Position numbers and translations under genes: made by a program. A stretch of 64,000 nucleotides of DNA. Origin: Macrostomum hystrix. Lineage: Eukaryota > Animalia > Platyhelminthes. Every line of letters starts with the position of its first letter. Positions within the stretch are counted from its first letter, which is position 1. This document shows positions 24,341-34,234 of this stretch, one piece after another. The notes beneath the pieces were generated by a model. It searched no databases. It had not been told where the DNA came from and saw nothing but the letters and a program-made list of their open reading frames with translations. The stretch is from the NCBI GenBank assembly GCA_950097015.1, contig CATNEN010000038.1, positions 2,046,001 to 2,110,000 on the forward strand, given 5' to 3'.

Positions 24341-25429
24341 TAAATGTTGGGTGCATACCAGAAGGAAATAAGGAAATTTGATTTGTATACAAAGGTTGGA
24401 GTTTTTTTAATTGCACACCAGTGCATGCCAGCATAGAGAGCAGAAAAATATACATCACAACAAAACTGATAATAGTAATTTATAAAAGACAACATTTGTT
24501 TTGTGTAAAAAACTATTTTTTGCATTTTAGTTATCAAAAAAGCAAAAAAAATATTTATTTAAGGTAGCCTACTTATAATCTGACTTATAAAATTAAAAAT
24601 GTTTATGCTACTGACCAAAAATTTTGTTTTGGTCATGCAAAGTCCACTGTTCTTAATGTAAATTATATTTTAACTATGTTACTACACTTTTACTGGTTTT
24701 TATACTATTACAGCTTCAAAGCTTCCATGTAAAAATGGCTACACATTGAAATGGTCACTGGACACAACTTTCTCTTCATCTATTTGAAACTAAAAAGGAT
24801 GTATTTTTAAACTTAAATGAACTTATCCAGTTGACATAAAACAGCGAATTAAAATAAAGAAAACTAGAAAATGGTTAAATGCAATGCAACTGCTAAATAA
24901 ATAGGTGAATGTCAAAATAATTTACTTGCCTATTGTCACCAAAATGGTTGTTGCAAAAGACAAAGCGTATTGTTGTTGCTGAAATATTTGTCGCCAAAGT
25001 GGCTTGTTGTCAAAGTCGACCTGTACCAACAGAACAACCACACATATGTCAAGTAAAAACTACTTTATAGATTCTGAATTTCAATAATTAGGACAATGAA
25101 CAATTCGAAAAATGCTTACTTTTTTTGTAAAAGATATTAAATAATTAAAAAAGAATATTTGTAAACAGAAAACATTTCTTGAACAGCTAGAGATCTATTT
25201 TGGCCGTTTTGGTTGTTGCCTTGTTGACAAGTACTTACCCCTTGCCTAGACGGTGTGCATTAATCACACTGTTCGGAATGAACGAACTAATAACTCCTGA
25301 TTTAAGCACGCGCCATAAATAAAAAGTTAAAACAAACGACATAGAGCTCAGAAAAACGAAGCTTAGTCAAATCTGCTGCATTTTTACACTTTTATACTAC
25401 GATACATATAATATAAGAGGCACGATCCT

Positions 25430-25770
25430 TGGTGACTCTCGCAGCAATTGGTCCCTGAGCTCGATTCCGCGGCGAGGCCACATTTATTTGGGGCGCAGCC
25501 GCGAAGAGAAAGCTTGGGGGCTTTTCGTGCAATTTTCGCCCTTGAGGGCCAACCTCCTAGGCAAAGTGAAAGTCTACACTGCCTGATGATGAGAAACTCA
25601 GGGCAGAAGTACACACCTGTTTGAGCGTATGCCTGCGTACGTCATCTGTGTACGTGTGTGCTCAGCTGAGTCAGCGAAATAGGCAGAATTTCCTCCTCGC
25701 TGGCTGCGGGTCTATAGTGTCACTAAATGCTATTGCCCACAGCCCTCCTATAATTATTATCATTATTACA
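25430..25770 (+). mobile_element. tRNA-derived SINE family B, 5'-degenerate copy
   Basis: Colinear with 33230-33600 (CGAGGCCACATTYATTTGGGGCGCAGCCGCG...GGCAGAATTTCCTC...AGCCCTCCT plus (ATT)n tail). Confidence 0.8.
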
Positions 25771-26271
25771 AGCTGAGAATGAAGTGAATGGTATATTATA
25801 GTAACATTGTAGAATGTTATTTGTGGATGTGCATGTTAAAAGTACGCGTATTATTAACACGTGGCATGATGGGCGATGTAATGGCGATGTAAGGGCCGAA
25901 AGGGCTACTAGACAATAAGAATACTATTATAATTCGTAATAATTATTTCAATTCTTATGACAAAAATACAATAATATTAAGCAGCTTTCCTAGCTCAGTC
26001 CGATGGCCGCGCTGCCGCCGCTTTTATACACGTACTAGCTTTTTTTGCCCGTTGTTTTTGGGGCAGAAATTTAAAGCAAAGCAGTAAGCAATTCACGTCT
26101 CTGTATTAACTTTATAGTGAAGGTCACCATTTATTTATTTACTGCATTAATGAAAAGTGAAGAGTTTGTTTAAGGGCGTTTTAAGTAAAAAATAAGTGAA
26201 AAGTTTGTCCAAACAGCCCCCTCTTGATTACTTCTTTAGAAACATGTCTCTTAGCCACTCCTCTATACAGT

Positions 26272-26544
26272 CAGTGGCAGATCCAGGAATTTTGTTTTGG
26301 GGCGGTCTGTCAGGGGAGCGCCATGAGAATCACAGAGGGGGTGCCAGCAGCCGAAAAAGGGCGCCAGGAGCCAAGAAAGGGCGCCAGCGGCTGAAAAACG
26401 GGAGCCAGCGGCTGAAAAAGGGGCGCCAGCGGCCGAAAAGGGGCGCCAGTGCTGCGACTGGCGCCCCTGGTGGGGGCATCTTATTCCCATGATTAAAATT
26501 TAGGGGGGCGACTGCCCCCCCGCCCCCCCCTAAATCTGCCTCTG
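26272..26544. mobile_element. hAT-type MITE nested in Helitron copy 1
   Basis: TIRs CAGTGGCAGATCC / AAATCTGCCTCTG; 8-bp target TATACAGT on the left, TATACAC-TATACAGT on the right. Confidence 0.85.
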
Positions 26545-26703
26545 TATACACTATACAGTATGCATGTACACGCGTATACATAAGGAAAATAGCCATGGCA
26601 TAACAATAACAATGTCAAAGAAACAAAATTAAACTGTTTCAGAGTTCAGAGTTAGACAGGTCAAGGTCAATTCGTGACTACTTTTCTAATAATTGCTTGC
26701 GAG

Positions 26704-27333
26704 TCACCTCAAGGCCTCGGGATACACCACATTCTTCGTTCTTCCCCTTGGTGCGAAAATGAATAGGCCAGCTGGAGTTCCAACACGGGAGCAGGCGACA
26801 TAAAGCTGCCCATGCGAGAAGCAAGGAGTCTCCAGGTTGATGCCAGCCACCTTCAGCGACTGTCCCTGAGCCTTGTTAATAGTCATCGCAAAGCACACTC
26901 TCACAGGGAACTGCAGTCGCTTGAACTGAAATGGCAGGTCCGTGGGGATAATTGGAATCCGGGGAACGAACACAGACTCTCCTCTGCCAGATCCAGTCAT
27001 TATCGTGGCCTCAATCACGTGTGGGAAGAGCCGCCTGACTATCAGTCTGGTGCCGTTACACAGCCCTGGCGCATTCAGGTTGCGGAGGAGCATAATTGGT
27101 GCCCCAACTTTCAGCTGCAAGTTGTGCGATGGAGTTCCAGGAGGATCTAGAGAGTTCAGAAACTCAACAGGATACTCCACAGCGGTGTCATCAGTCAACG
27201 TTGTATCAATTGACTTGTAGGTGAAAACTGCACCTGGCAACTCCTGAAGCAGTTGGTAGTTAATTTCGTTGGCGGCATCATTTCTAGGACACAGAATTGC
27301 CCTCTCTGACAGCCAGTCAACGTCAGCATATCG
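26704..27333 (-). pseudogene. Helitron RepHel PIF1-family helicase C-terminal fragment
   Basis: Motifs RAILCPRN, LKVGAPIMLLRNL, LCNGTRL, QFPVRVCFAMTINKAQGQSL, HGQLYVACSRV; no Rep domain or Walker A. Confidence 0.9.
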
Positions 27334-27972
27334 AGAGAAATAGGCTGGCTGGAGAGAAATATCAACCGGAGAGCCCTGCGCACTGGGACGCCACCGCACT
27401 CACCGCAATTAGTCTCAGTGCTGCTTGGGGGCCAGAAGACAGTCTAGGGGTTTGGGCTGTGTACATTCACGGCTTGAAATACAATGTACAGTCTGGGGCT
27501 TCGGCGCCCGGGGAAGGGAGGGGGTGGCTGTAATAAAATTTGGCCCGCAGAGTGGCGGAGGGGAGTTGGGGTGGCTGTCCTCGGAAAACAAAAGTGACTC
27601 ACTTTGAGATGATGCAGCTTTGCTCTGGATTGAGTAGAGATGTTCAAAATTGACAGCATTGTTGGAAAACATGTAAAGTGTAAGTGGATCAAATTTGGAG
27701 AAAATCTGACAAAGTGGGGCGACGATATGTCGAATTGAGTGATTTTTTTACGATTTTTGAGCAGTTTTTTGCCCTTTTGAGCAGGAAGGAAATGATTTTT
27801 CGGGAATTTGAGTAGCCTATTGCACTCAGCGTAGGTGGTTTTAGGTATGTGCAAAGTTTGGTGCGATTTAGTTGAGCGGTTTCGGCGTCTATAAAGACAA
27901 AAGGTTGCACACACACACACACACACACACAGACAGACAGACAGACAGAGTTTTCACTTTTATATATATAGA

Positions 27973-28300
27973 TACGCCGCGGGCCTCGGCCGCCACAGCT
28001 GCTCCGGGGTCCGCCGATGGTGCCATCGTCTAGGTATCAGATAGTGAAGTCTGCAGCACCCTGATGGGACACTACACGGACGGCGAACGTACGGCAACGA
28101 GCCTTTGCTGGTCGTTTTGCTGCACGCCGCTAGCTGAGGCGATTTGGTGGTCGTGCTCAAACAGCAACACCGACTGAGAGTGGTGACGTACGAGCTGCGG
28201 ACCAGGTGCTCGAGCTCCGGCAGGTGATGGGAACGGCACTGCATAGCCTGGCAATCAAGAATGTTGAACGCATTAAAAAATTCCAGCTTCAGCAGGCCCA
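27973..28300 (-). pseudogene. Degenerate non-LTR retrotransposon reverse transcriptase (CRE-clade-like), interrupted by the Helitron
   Basis: Frameshifted motifs LLKLEFFNAFN, SGVQQ and YLDDGTIGG (minus strand ~28010-28036). A likely continuation AIGLS lies beyond the Helitron at ~25993-26010. Confidence 0.7.
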
Positions 28301-29684
28301 CGAGTTCGGCGCAGACTGGATCAGGATCATGCGTCGGGCAGCTTGGATGGCCACTTCGGCCCCGCCCCCGCCGAACTGGGTGGGGCGAGGATTTCGACGG
28401 CCTAGCTTTTGCCGAACTGCGGCGCCCGCGGCCCTGTGCGACAAGCCAGCGACCGTCCTTTATTGTGGAAGGCCACAGCCCCGCACCGAAGAACAGGGGC
28501 CGGATGTGCGTCAAGGGTTCGTCTCCTTACTAATTAGTCTTTTCCCACCTTTCAGAGAACTATAATTCGGCATCGAATATACATCATATCTGCTAATGGA
28601 GAGCGTAAATTTGATAAATATCGATTGTGCAGTAAATGGCGGTGGCCCGACAACGCACGCATGCTATGCAGCCGACAGGCAGACAATCGAAGTTTGACCA
28701 AGCAATTGCGATTTTGCGATTCGTAAAACTAAGAAATATACGAATGTATGACCAGTACCAAAGTAGCTGAAACCATGCAGCGCTGCGTCTGGCCTGGCCG
28801 TGGAAGTGGGCCATTCAGCATTACTATTATGAGCATGGTTACTAAGCTTCCGCAGCTGCATGCACATTCAACTAATATGGAAACAGCTTTGGTTTCCACT
28901 TTACGTTGCTCCTTATGTAGAATCCTATAACGGAGAAACGCTAGTCAGGTTCACAGATACTATAATAACTATAATATTATGATACCATAATACTATAAAT
29001 AAGTTATTATACTCGTACAGTATCTGTGGTCAGGTCTTATTGTCAGAGTTGCAGACAAGCGGAGCTGGCAGTTGTCTGGCAGTTGTGTTTCATAACACTA
29101 TAATCCCCCCACAGGCCCGAATAGATCACCGGGTTCTACACATAAATTATATATTTATTATTTAATTAAATTATAAATTATTTATAAACAATTAATTCAT
29201 TATTACATGTGTAGAAACAAAATATTGAAGCGCTGCGTTTCTTTTATCAGTAACTTGCGCCAAAAAGATTCGATTTTAAGCCTGCATGACAATAGATAAA
29301 AGGAAAAAACAAAAGCTAATTGTTGCTTTTTCTACCGGCAAGCTACATTATGTCATGAATTAACTGCGATTGTGAAACAAATGAAACAGCTAGAATTCAT
29401 TGCATGAACGCGTAAGAGTAAAAGCAGCGTATCAATTTACGCCACTTAAACAGCTGCTCACAACATAGCCCAAGTAAAAGCTGAAATTAACAATGCGAAG
29501 CTGCCTAAGTGTTTCTAGCAATTCAATGAATAATGAATGAGTTTCATCGACTATGAAAAACAAAAAGACTAGCAATGAAGCCTATTTGAAAATCTATTTA
29601 AGTTTCCTGTATCGAATCAAAATTTTGAGGATAATCCCTCGTTTTCTCGCTCCTTATAAGCCCTTCGACAAGGGGTCCGTCGCA

Positions 29685-30707
29685 ATGAACCTGCTGCTGA
29701 AAAGTGTTCTACTCCAGTCTGTTTTGCTGCTCAGCCAGTCGCAGCCCACCGCTGCCGCCGGTGTTTCCAACATTTTCCACGCCAACTGCCTCAACGATTC
29801 TCTCGGCCATCGAGCTGTCGCCTCTTCCATCATCGATTGCGTCGCCAGTGGCCGCTCCCCTGACCAGACGAGCCTGACTGTGGTCCAGTGGAACGATCGA
29901 GACGCGACCTGCTCGCTTTTCTTCTACAATCGGGTGTGCCATCTGATGGAGCTGGCCAACTGCACCAACAAGCCATCGCCGAATACTTGCCGTACCGTTG
30001 TGAGCACAAAGTATGACGCAGTCGCAGTCAACAAACTCGATATGGGATTTTGGGTGGGCGATGGAGGTAAGCAAATGGAGAGTTTGTTTTGCAGTCATGA
30101 TGGACAGTTTGCCCCAATGTTCGTAAGTGACGTCACATGGAGTAGCGAAGGATGGCGCTTCGACGCAGCCAAAAAGTCGAGGCTCTGGATCAATGGCACC
30201 AATGGAGTCGATTTCAACAATTCACTAACTATTGTAGTGAGGATGAAGCGAAAACCTGGCAAGAACAGCCTGATTCAACTGACTGACTGCCGTACATTCA
30301 CAAAGAAATACATCCAGATCCTCGAATACAACTATCTTGCTCCGCTCTCTGGAATCAACGGAGCACTTTACGCTGACCTAGGTCCCTATGGAGTGTACTA
30401 CACACGGGACTCCGTGTTGACTAATGATGAGCAGCAGTTCTTTACCGCTGGAGTAATTTTTAAACGACCGAGCATCCTGTCTTCACTTTATAATTATACT
30501 TTGGACTTCTACGTAGACGGAGCCCTTCTACAAGCCGAAAAAATCATGCGTTTTGTCGAAATTGAGCCGAACGAATACTGTTTCATAGTCGGCTTTGATG
30601 CAGGAAATATGACTGGCTCTATTGACGGCATTGTATCCGCTGTCGGATTGGTGAACAACTCGCTTACTGTTCTGGAGCTTCAGGAAGTGTTTAGAAATAC
30701 TGGCTGA
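29685..30707 (+). CDS. Intronless secreted protein: signal peptide, Cys-containing N-terminal module, LamG/concanavalin-A-like beta domain
   Basis: 340-aa ORF from MNLLLKSVLLQSVLLLSQSQPTAAA. LamG-like motifs SLTIVVRMK, LDFYVDG, IVG...IDGIVSAVGLVNNSLT. Domain identity judged by eye. Confidence 0.65.
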   Translation: MNLLLKSVLLQSVLLLSQSQPTAAAGVSNIFHANCLNDSLGHRAVASSIIDCVASGRSPDQTSLTVVQWNDRDATCSLFFYNRVCHLMELANCTNKPSPNTCRTVVSTKYDAVAVNKLDMGFWVGDGGKQMESLFCSHDGQFAPMFVSDVTWSSEGWRFDAAKKSRLWINGTNGVDFNNSLTIVVRMKRKPGKNSLIQLTDCRTFTKKYIQILEYNYLAPLSGINGALYADLGPYGVYYTRDSVLTNDEQQFFTAGVIFKRPSILSSLYNYTLDFYVDGALLQAEKIMRFVEIEPNEYCFIVGFDAGNMTGSIDGIVSAVGLVNNSLTVLELQEVFRNTG

Positions 30708-30891
30708 ACACATTAACTAAGCCTTGTGATACGCCATTGGAACCAAAATCATAACTGAGTTCTGGAGATGTAACTCCTATTTATTAATTAAACTAAAGTC
30801 AAACTTAAAACTAAAATGATTGTTTGAAATATGTTTTACCAAGTAAAAACCTGCCGTCAACATAATTAGATTCCAGCAGGCTATAAAAATA

Positions 30892-32240
30892 CGAGGGCTA
30901 TCCCAAAAGTAAGTTTCGGTCAACAATAAAAAGCGAACAGTTTGAAGGAAAGTCTTAAAACTTTAACAGTAGTCAAAACAGGTCATAGTTACTCCACAAA
31001 TTTGCCGCCAATGTCCACGCACTTTTTCCAGCGCCGTACCCACGCTTGAAAGGCAGCATCGCAGCCGCCGGTGGCCAGATGCCGCAAAGCTGATGAAGCA
31101 TTGTTGTTTATCTGCTCCACAGAGGCAAAACGTTGTCCACGAAGGCTCTACTTCATTCTGGGAAATATACAGAAGTCCGCTAGAGTCAAATCAGGTGAAT
31201 AGCGTGGCTGTGCCAGGACCTCCCAGTTCCAGGAATCCAGGAGCTCCTCCACTCTTCTGGCGCGGTGCACAGGTGCGTTGTCGTGGTGAAAAATCACGCT
31301 TATCTCCAGCAAACCAGGCCGCTTTTTCCTGATGGCTGGCCTCAATTTTTCTTGCAGTACCCATCGGTAATATTTTGCATTCACCTTGGTGCCGATTGGC
31401 ACTGGCCAGTCCACCAGGACCCCATTGATGTCAAAGAAGACTATGTGCATCACCTTCAAGGAGCTCTGCTTCCGTTGAACCTTCTCAGGACTCGCTGATT
31501 CCCTTGGAAGCCACTGTGCTGACTGGCGCTTGAGCTCAGGATCCCACTCGTAGACCCATGTCTCGTCTCCTGTCACAATTCTGCTGACCTGAGAAAGTTG
31601 CTTCTCTCTCGATTAAACCGTCGAAGGTGCTCTTGCGCCAGGGTCACCCTCTCCTTCATTTGGTCCTCAGTCAGGAGATGAGGCACCCACTTTGCTAAGA
31701 TCTTCTGCATGTTAAGATGCTCAGTAAGAATGCGATGCACTGTGCTGTGAGGAATGTCCAGGAGGTCCTCGATCTCATAGCAAGTCAATCTGCTGTCAAC
31801 AGTGACTGCAGCTTTGACACGCTCTGCATTTGCATCAGTGGTGGCTGTTCTTGGCCTTCCAGACCGCTCTTTGTCTTCCATCGACAGTCTGCCTCCTTGA
31901 ACTTCACGGACCCATTTCCGAACCGTTTGAATTGATGGAGCATCTTCTTTCAGAACTTGTCCAAGCTCTTCATGAATCTTTGATGTTGATTTGCCAGCCA
32001 AAACTGAAAAGTTGATGATGTTTCTGACGTCGTATCGTGTGAACGAAGCCGAAGTGGCCATCTTTGCAAACGAAGCTGTGTTTAACTAGATGCCCTGCAG
32101 CTTGTGAGACTGCATTTGCTTTAAAACTTTTGGTGCCTTTTGCCATAGACATAGATTCAGGAATGACTAACCGCGTTTGCCAAAAATGTACTTAAGAAAA
32201 TTTATAATGCAGCGAAACTTATTTTTGGGATAAGCCCTTG
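30892..32240 (-). mobile_element. Full-length mariner (DD34D) transposon, inactive
   Basis: ~27-bp TIRs CGAGGGCTATCCCAAAAGTAAGTTTCG / CGAAACTTATTTTTGGGATAAGCCCTTG with TA on both sides; 1.35 kb. Confidence 0.95.
30989..32061 (-). pseudogene. Mariner transposase pseudogene
   Basis: WVPHLL, TGDETW, HHDNA-(34)-D, YSPDL motifs; frameshift at ~31580 and in-frame TAG at 31148-31150. Confidence 0.93.
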
Positions 32241-33229
32241 TACAAGCTAGCTGATGCAAAATAGCTATAGGGGAAAAGCTGTGTTTATAGTTTACGGAAA
32301 TAAGGCAACATGGGTTTTAACCTGTTTTATAATAGTAAAAGATAAGTTATATTTTCAGTTTTTAATTGTGTTAGTGTCAATCCAATCGAAACACTGTGAC
32401 AATTTGGAAAAAATACAAAGTAAATTGGAATCGATATAACAAGCTTATTAAAAACATTCTGTGGAATATGTTAATCGTGTATGAAAGTTAAAAAAATCTA
32501 AAAAATAATGGAGTGTGCAAGCTAATCAGGATAAGAATTTTTTTCGACATCAATTGCAAAACATAAATTAAACTCGTATTTTGTAAGTACGAGCGTACAA
32601 ATGATCAAAAATCGAACAATACAGCGTCTAAAAGTAAAAAAAGATTTCTATTTTGTGATAAAAAAAGAACTTTGAATATTTAGTATCTGGAGACAAAACT
32701 CGGCCCATGCGAAAACCATGCACATTTTCCGGACTACTGGCTGAGTTGTGACTGTCTCCCGACAGGGCAGAGCGCACGTTTAAATCAGGCCAGATATGAC
32801 GTAATTTTAGAAAAACACGAACTACAGTTCCGTTTTATAAGCTTTTATGTCTTTTCTACTCGTAATTGAACTTGAATAAATTAGCAACATTTTAAGCTGA
32901 AGGTTGCTTGTCTCTGAGTTGTCAGTTAGGTGCGCTGAGGTGAAATTTAAATAACGCGCATGTTACCGCGATACAAATTGGTCTGACTAAAAAACTTTAT
33001 TGAAAGGAATTCTTTGAACCCCAACGAGCTCTATTATAATTGTATTACTGATTCCAGAACCAGAATAGGTTCTGAAATTCGTGGAAAAAAACAGTAAAGC
33101 TTTAGTTCTTTTCCGTACCTTGTAATTGTGATCGGGACCTAAATGTCAGATTTTAAACTAACCTATTTTAATTGTCATAAGCATTTATCTTCTCCGTTGC
33201 TTGTGTTCTCATCGTTCAAAGGTTCTCTA

Positions 33230-33600
33230 AGGGGGGGTCGGTGGCAGAGCGGTTATCGCGTTTGTCTCTCGCACCACGGTCTCTAAGTTCGATTCCACGG
33301 CGAGGCCACATTCATTTGGGGCGCAGCCGCGGAGAGAAGGCTTGGGGGCTTGTCGTGCAATTTACGCCCTTGAGGGCCAAACTCCAAGGCACAGTTAAAT
33401 GTACACGGCCTGACGATAAGAAAGTCAGGGCAGATGAACACACCTGTGTGAGTGTATGCCTGCGTACAGTATCTGTGTGCGCGTGTGCTCAGGATTCAGC
33501 GAAATGGGCAGAATTTCCTCTTCGCTGGCTGCGGGTCTAGTGTCACCAAATGATGTGCCATTGCCCGCAGCCCTCCTGCAATTATTATTTTTATTTATTT
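33230..33600 (+). mobile_element. tRNA-derived SINE family B, near full length
   Basis: A box TGGCAGAGCGG, B box GTTCGATTCC, body shared with 25430-25770, (ATT)n tail. Confidence 0.82.
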
Positions 33601-34234
33601 GCTATAAACTTATACAGCTCCACTTCCTGGAATTTCAGAACTAATTGTGGTTCTGCAATCGACAATATGACAAGGTTCAATTTACCGAGTTACCGCGCGA
33701 CAAAAACTTGAATTTGTTAGATAAAACAAAAATTAATCATTATGTATTGTTAAAAAAGAGTGCAAAATTCCACACTAATATTAAAATTAAAGTGCAAAAA
33801 GAAGTTTCAATACCAAAGTAAACATTGAAACGGAAAAAAGTGCAACGAAATTTAAGTGCTTATCGATACTGTCCCCATGCAATTAGTAAGAGGCTGAATT
33901 TCTGGCAGTCACTGTGGTAGATGGATATTTCATTTATATTTTACCCATTAGAGCATGAATACCAGGCAAACAATGTATAGAAAGGATTTTAAAAGGAAAT
34001 ATTCCAAGGAGAATTGCGGTGTAAGACCTGTGTTTCTTAGTCGGTTTTTAAACCAACGCTAGGTACTGCAAATAAGCTCGAGTTACATGTACCAATAAGC
34101 ACTAGTCATAAAAAGTTATAAAATCGGTTTTTATTGGTGACTTACAGTGTCTGAAAGATAATTAATATATAAATAAACAGAATATATTACTTAGGCTGCA
34201 AAAGCATCGCTAAAAATTGAAATCATCCTGAGCG

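Larger units (their letters stand above)
26035..27972 (-). mobile_element. Non-autonomous Helitron, copy 1 (internally deleted, carries PIF1-like helicase C-terminal fragment)
   Basis: 5' TC (TCTATATATATAAAAGTG), 3' GC hairpin plus CTAG, inserted at A|T with no TSD. Near-identical to 52833-55100. Confidence 0.93.

Noticed and set aside
25575-25612. Hammerhead ribozyme in SINE B (CTGATGA...GAAA)
   Set aside because: Stem II is followed by GGGC rather than GAAA, no stem I/III pairing was found, and the GAAA placement also fails in the 33.4-kb copy; it looks like a simple hairpin.
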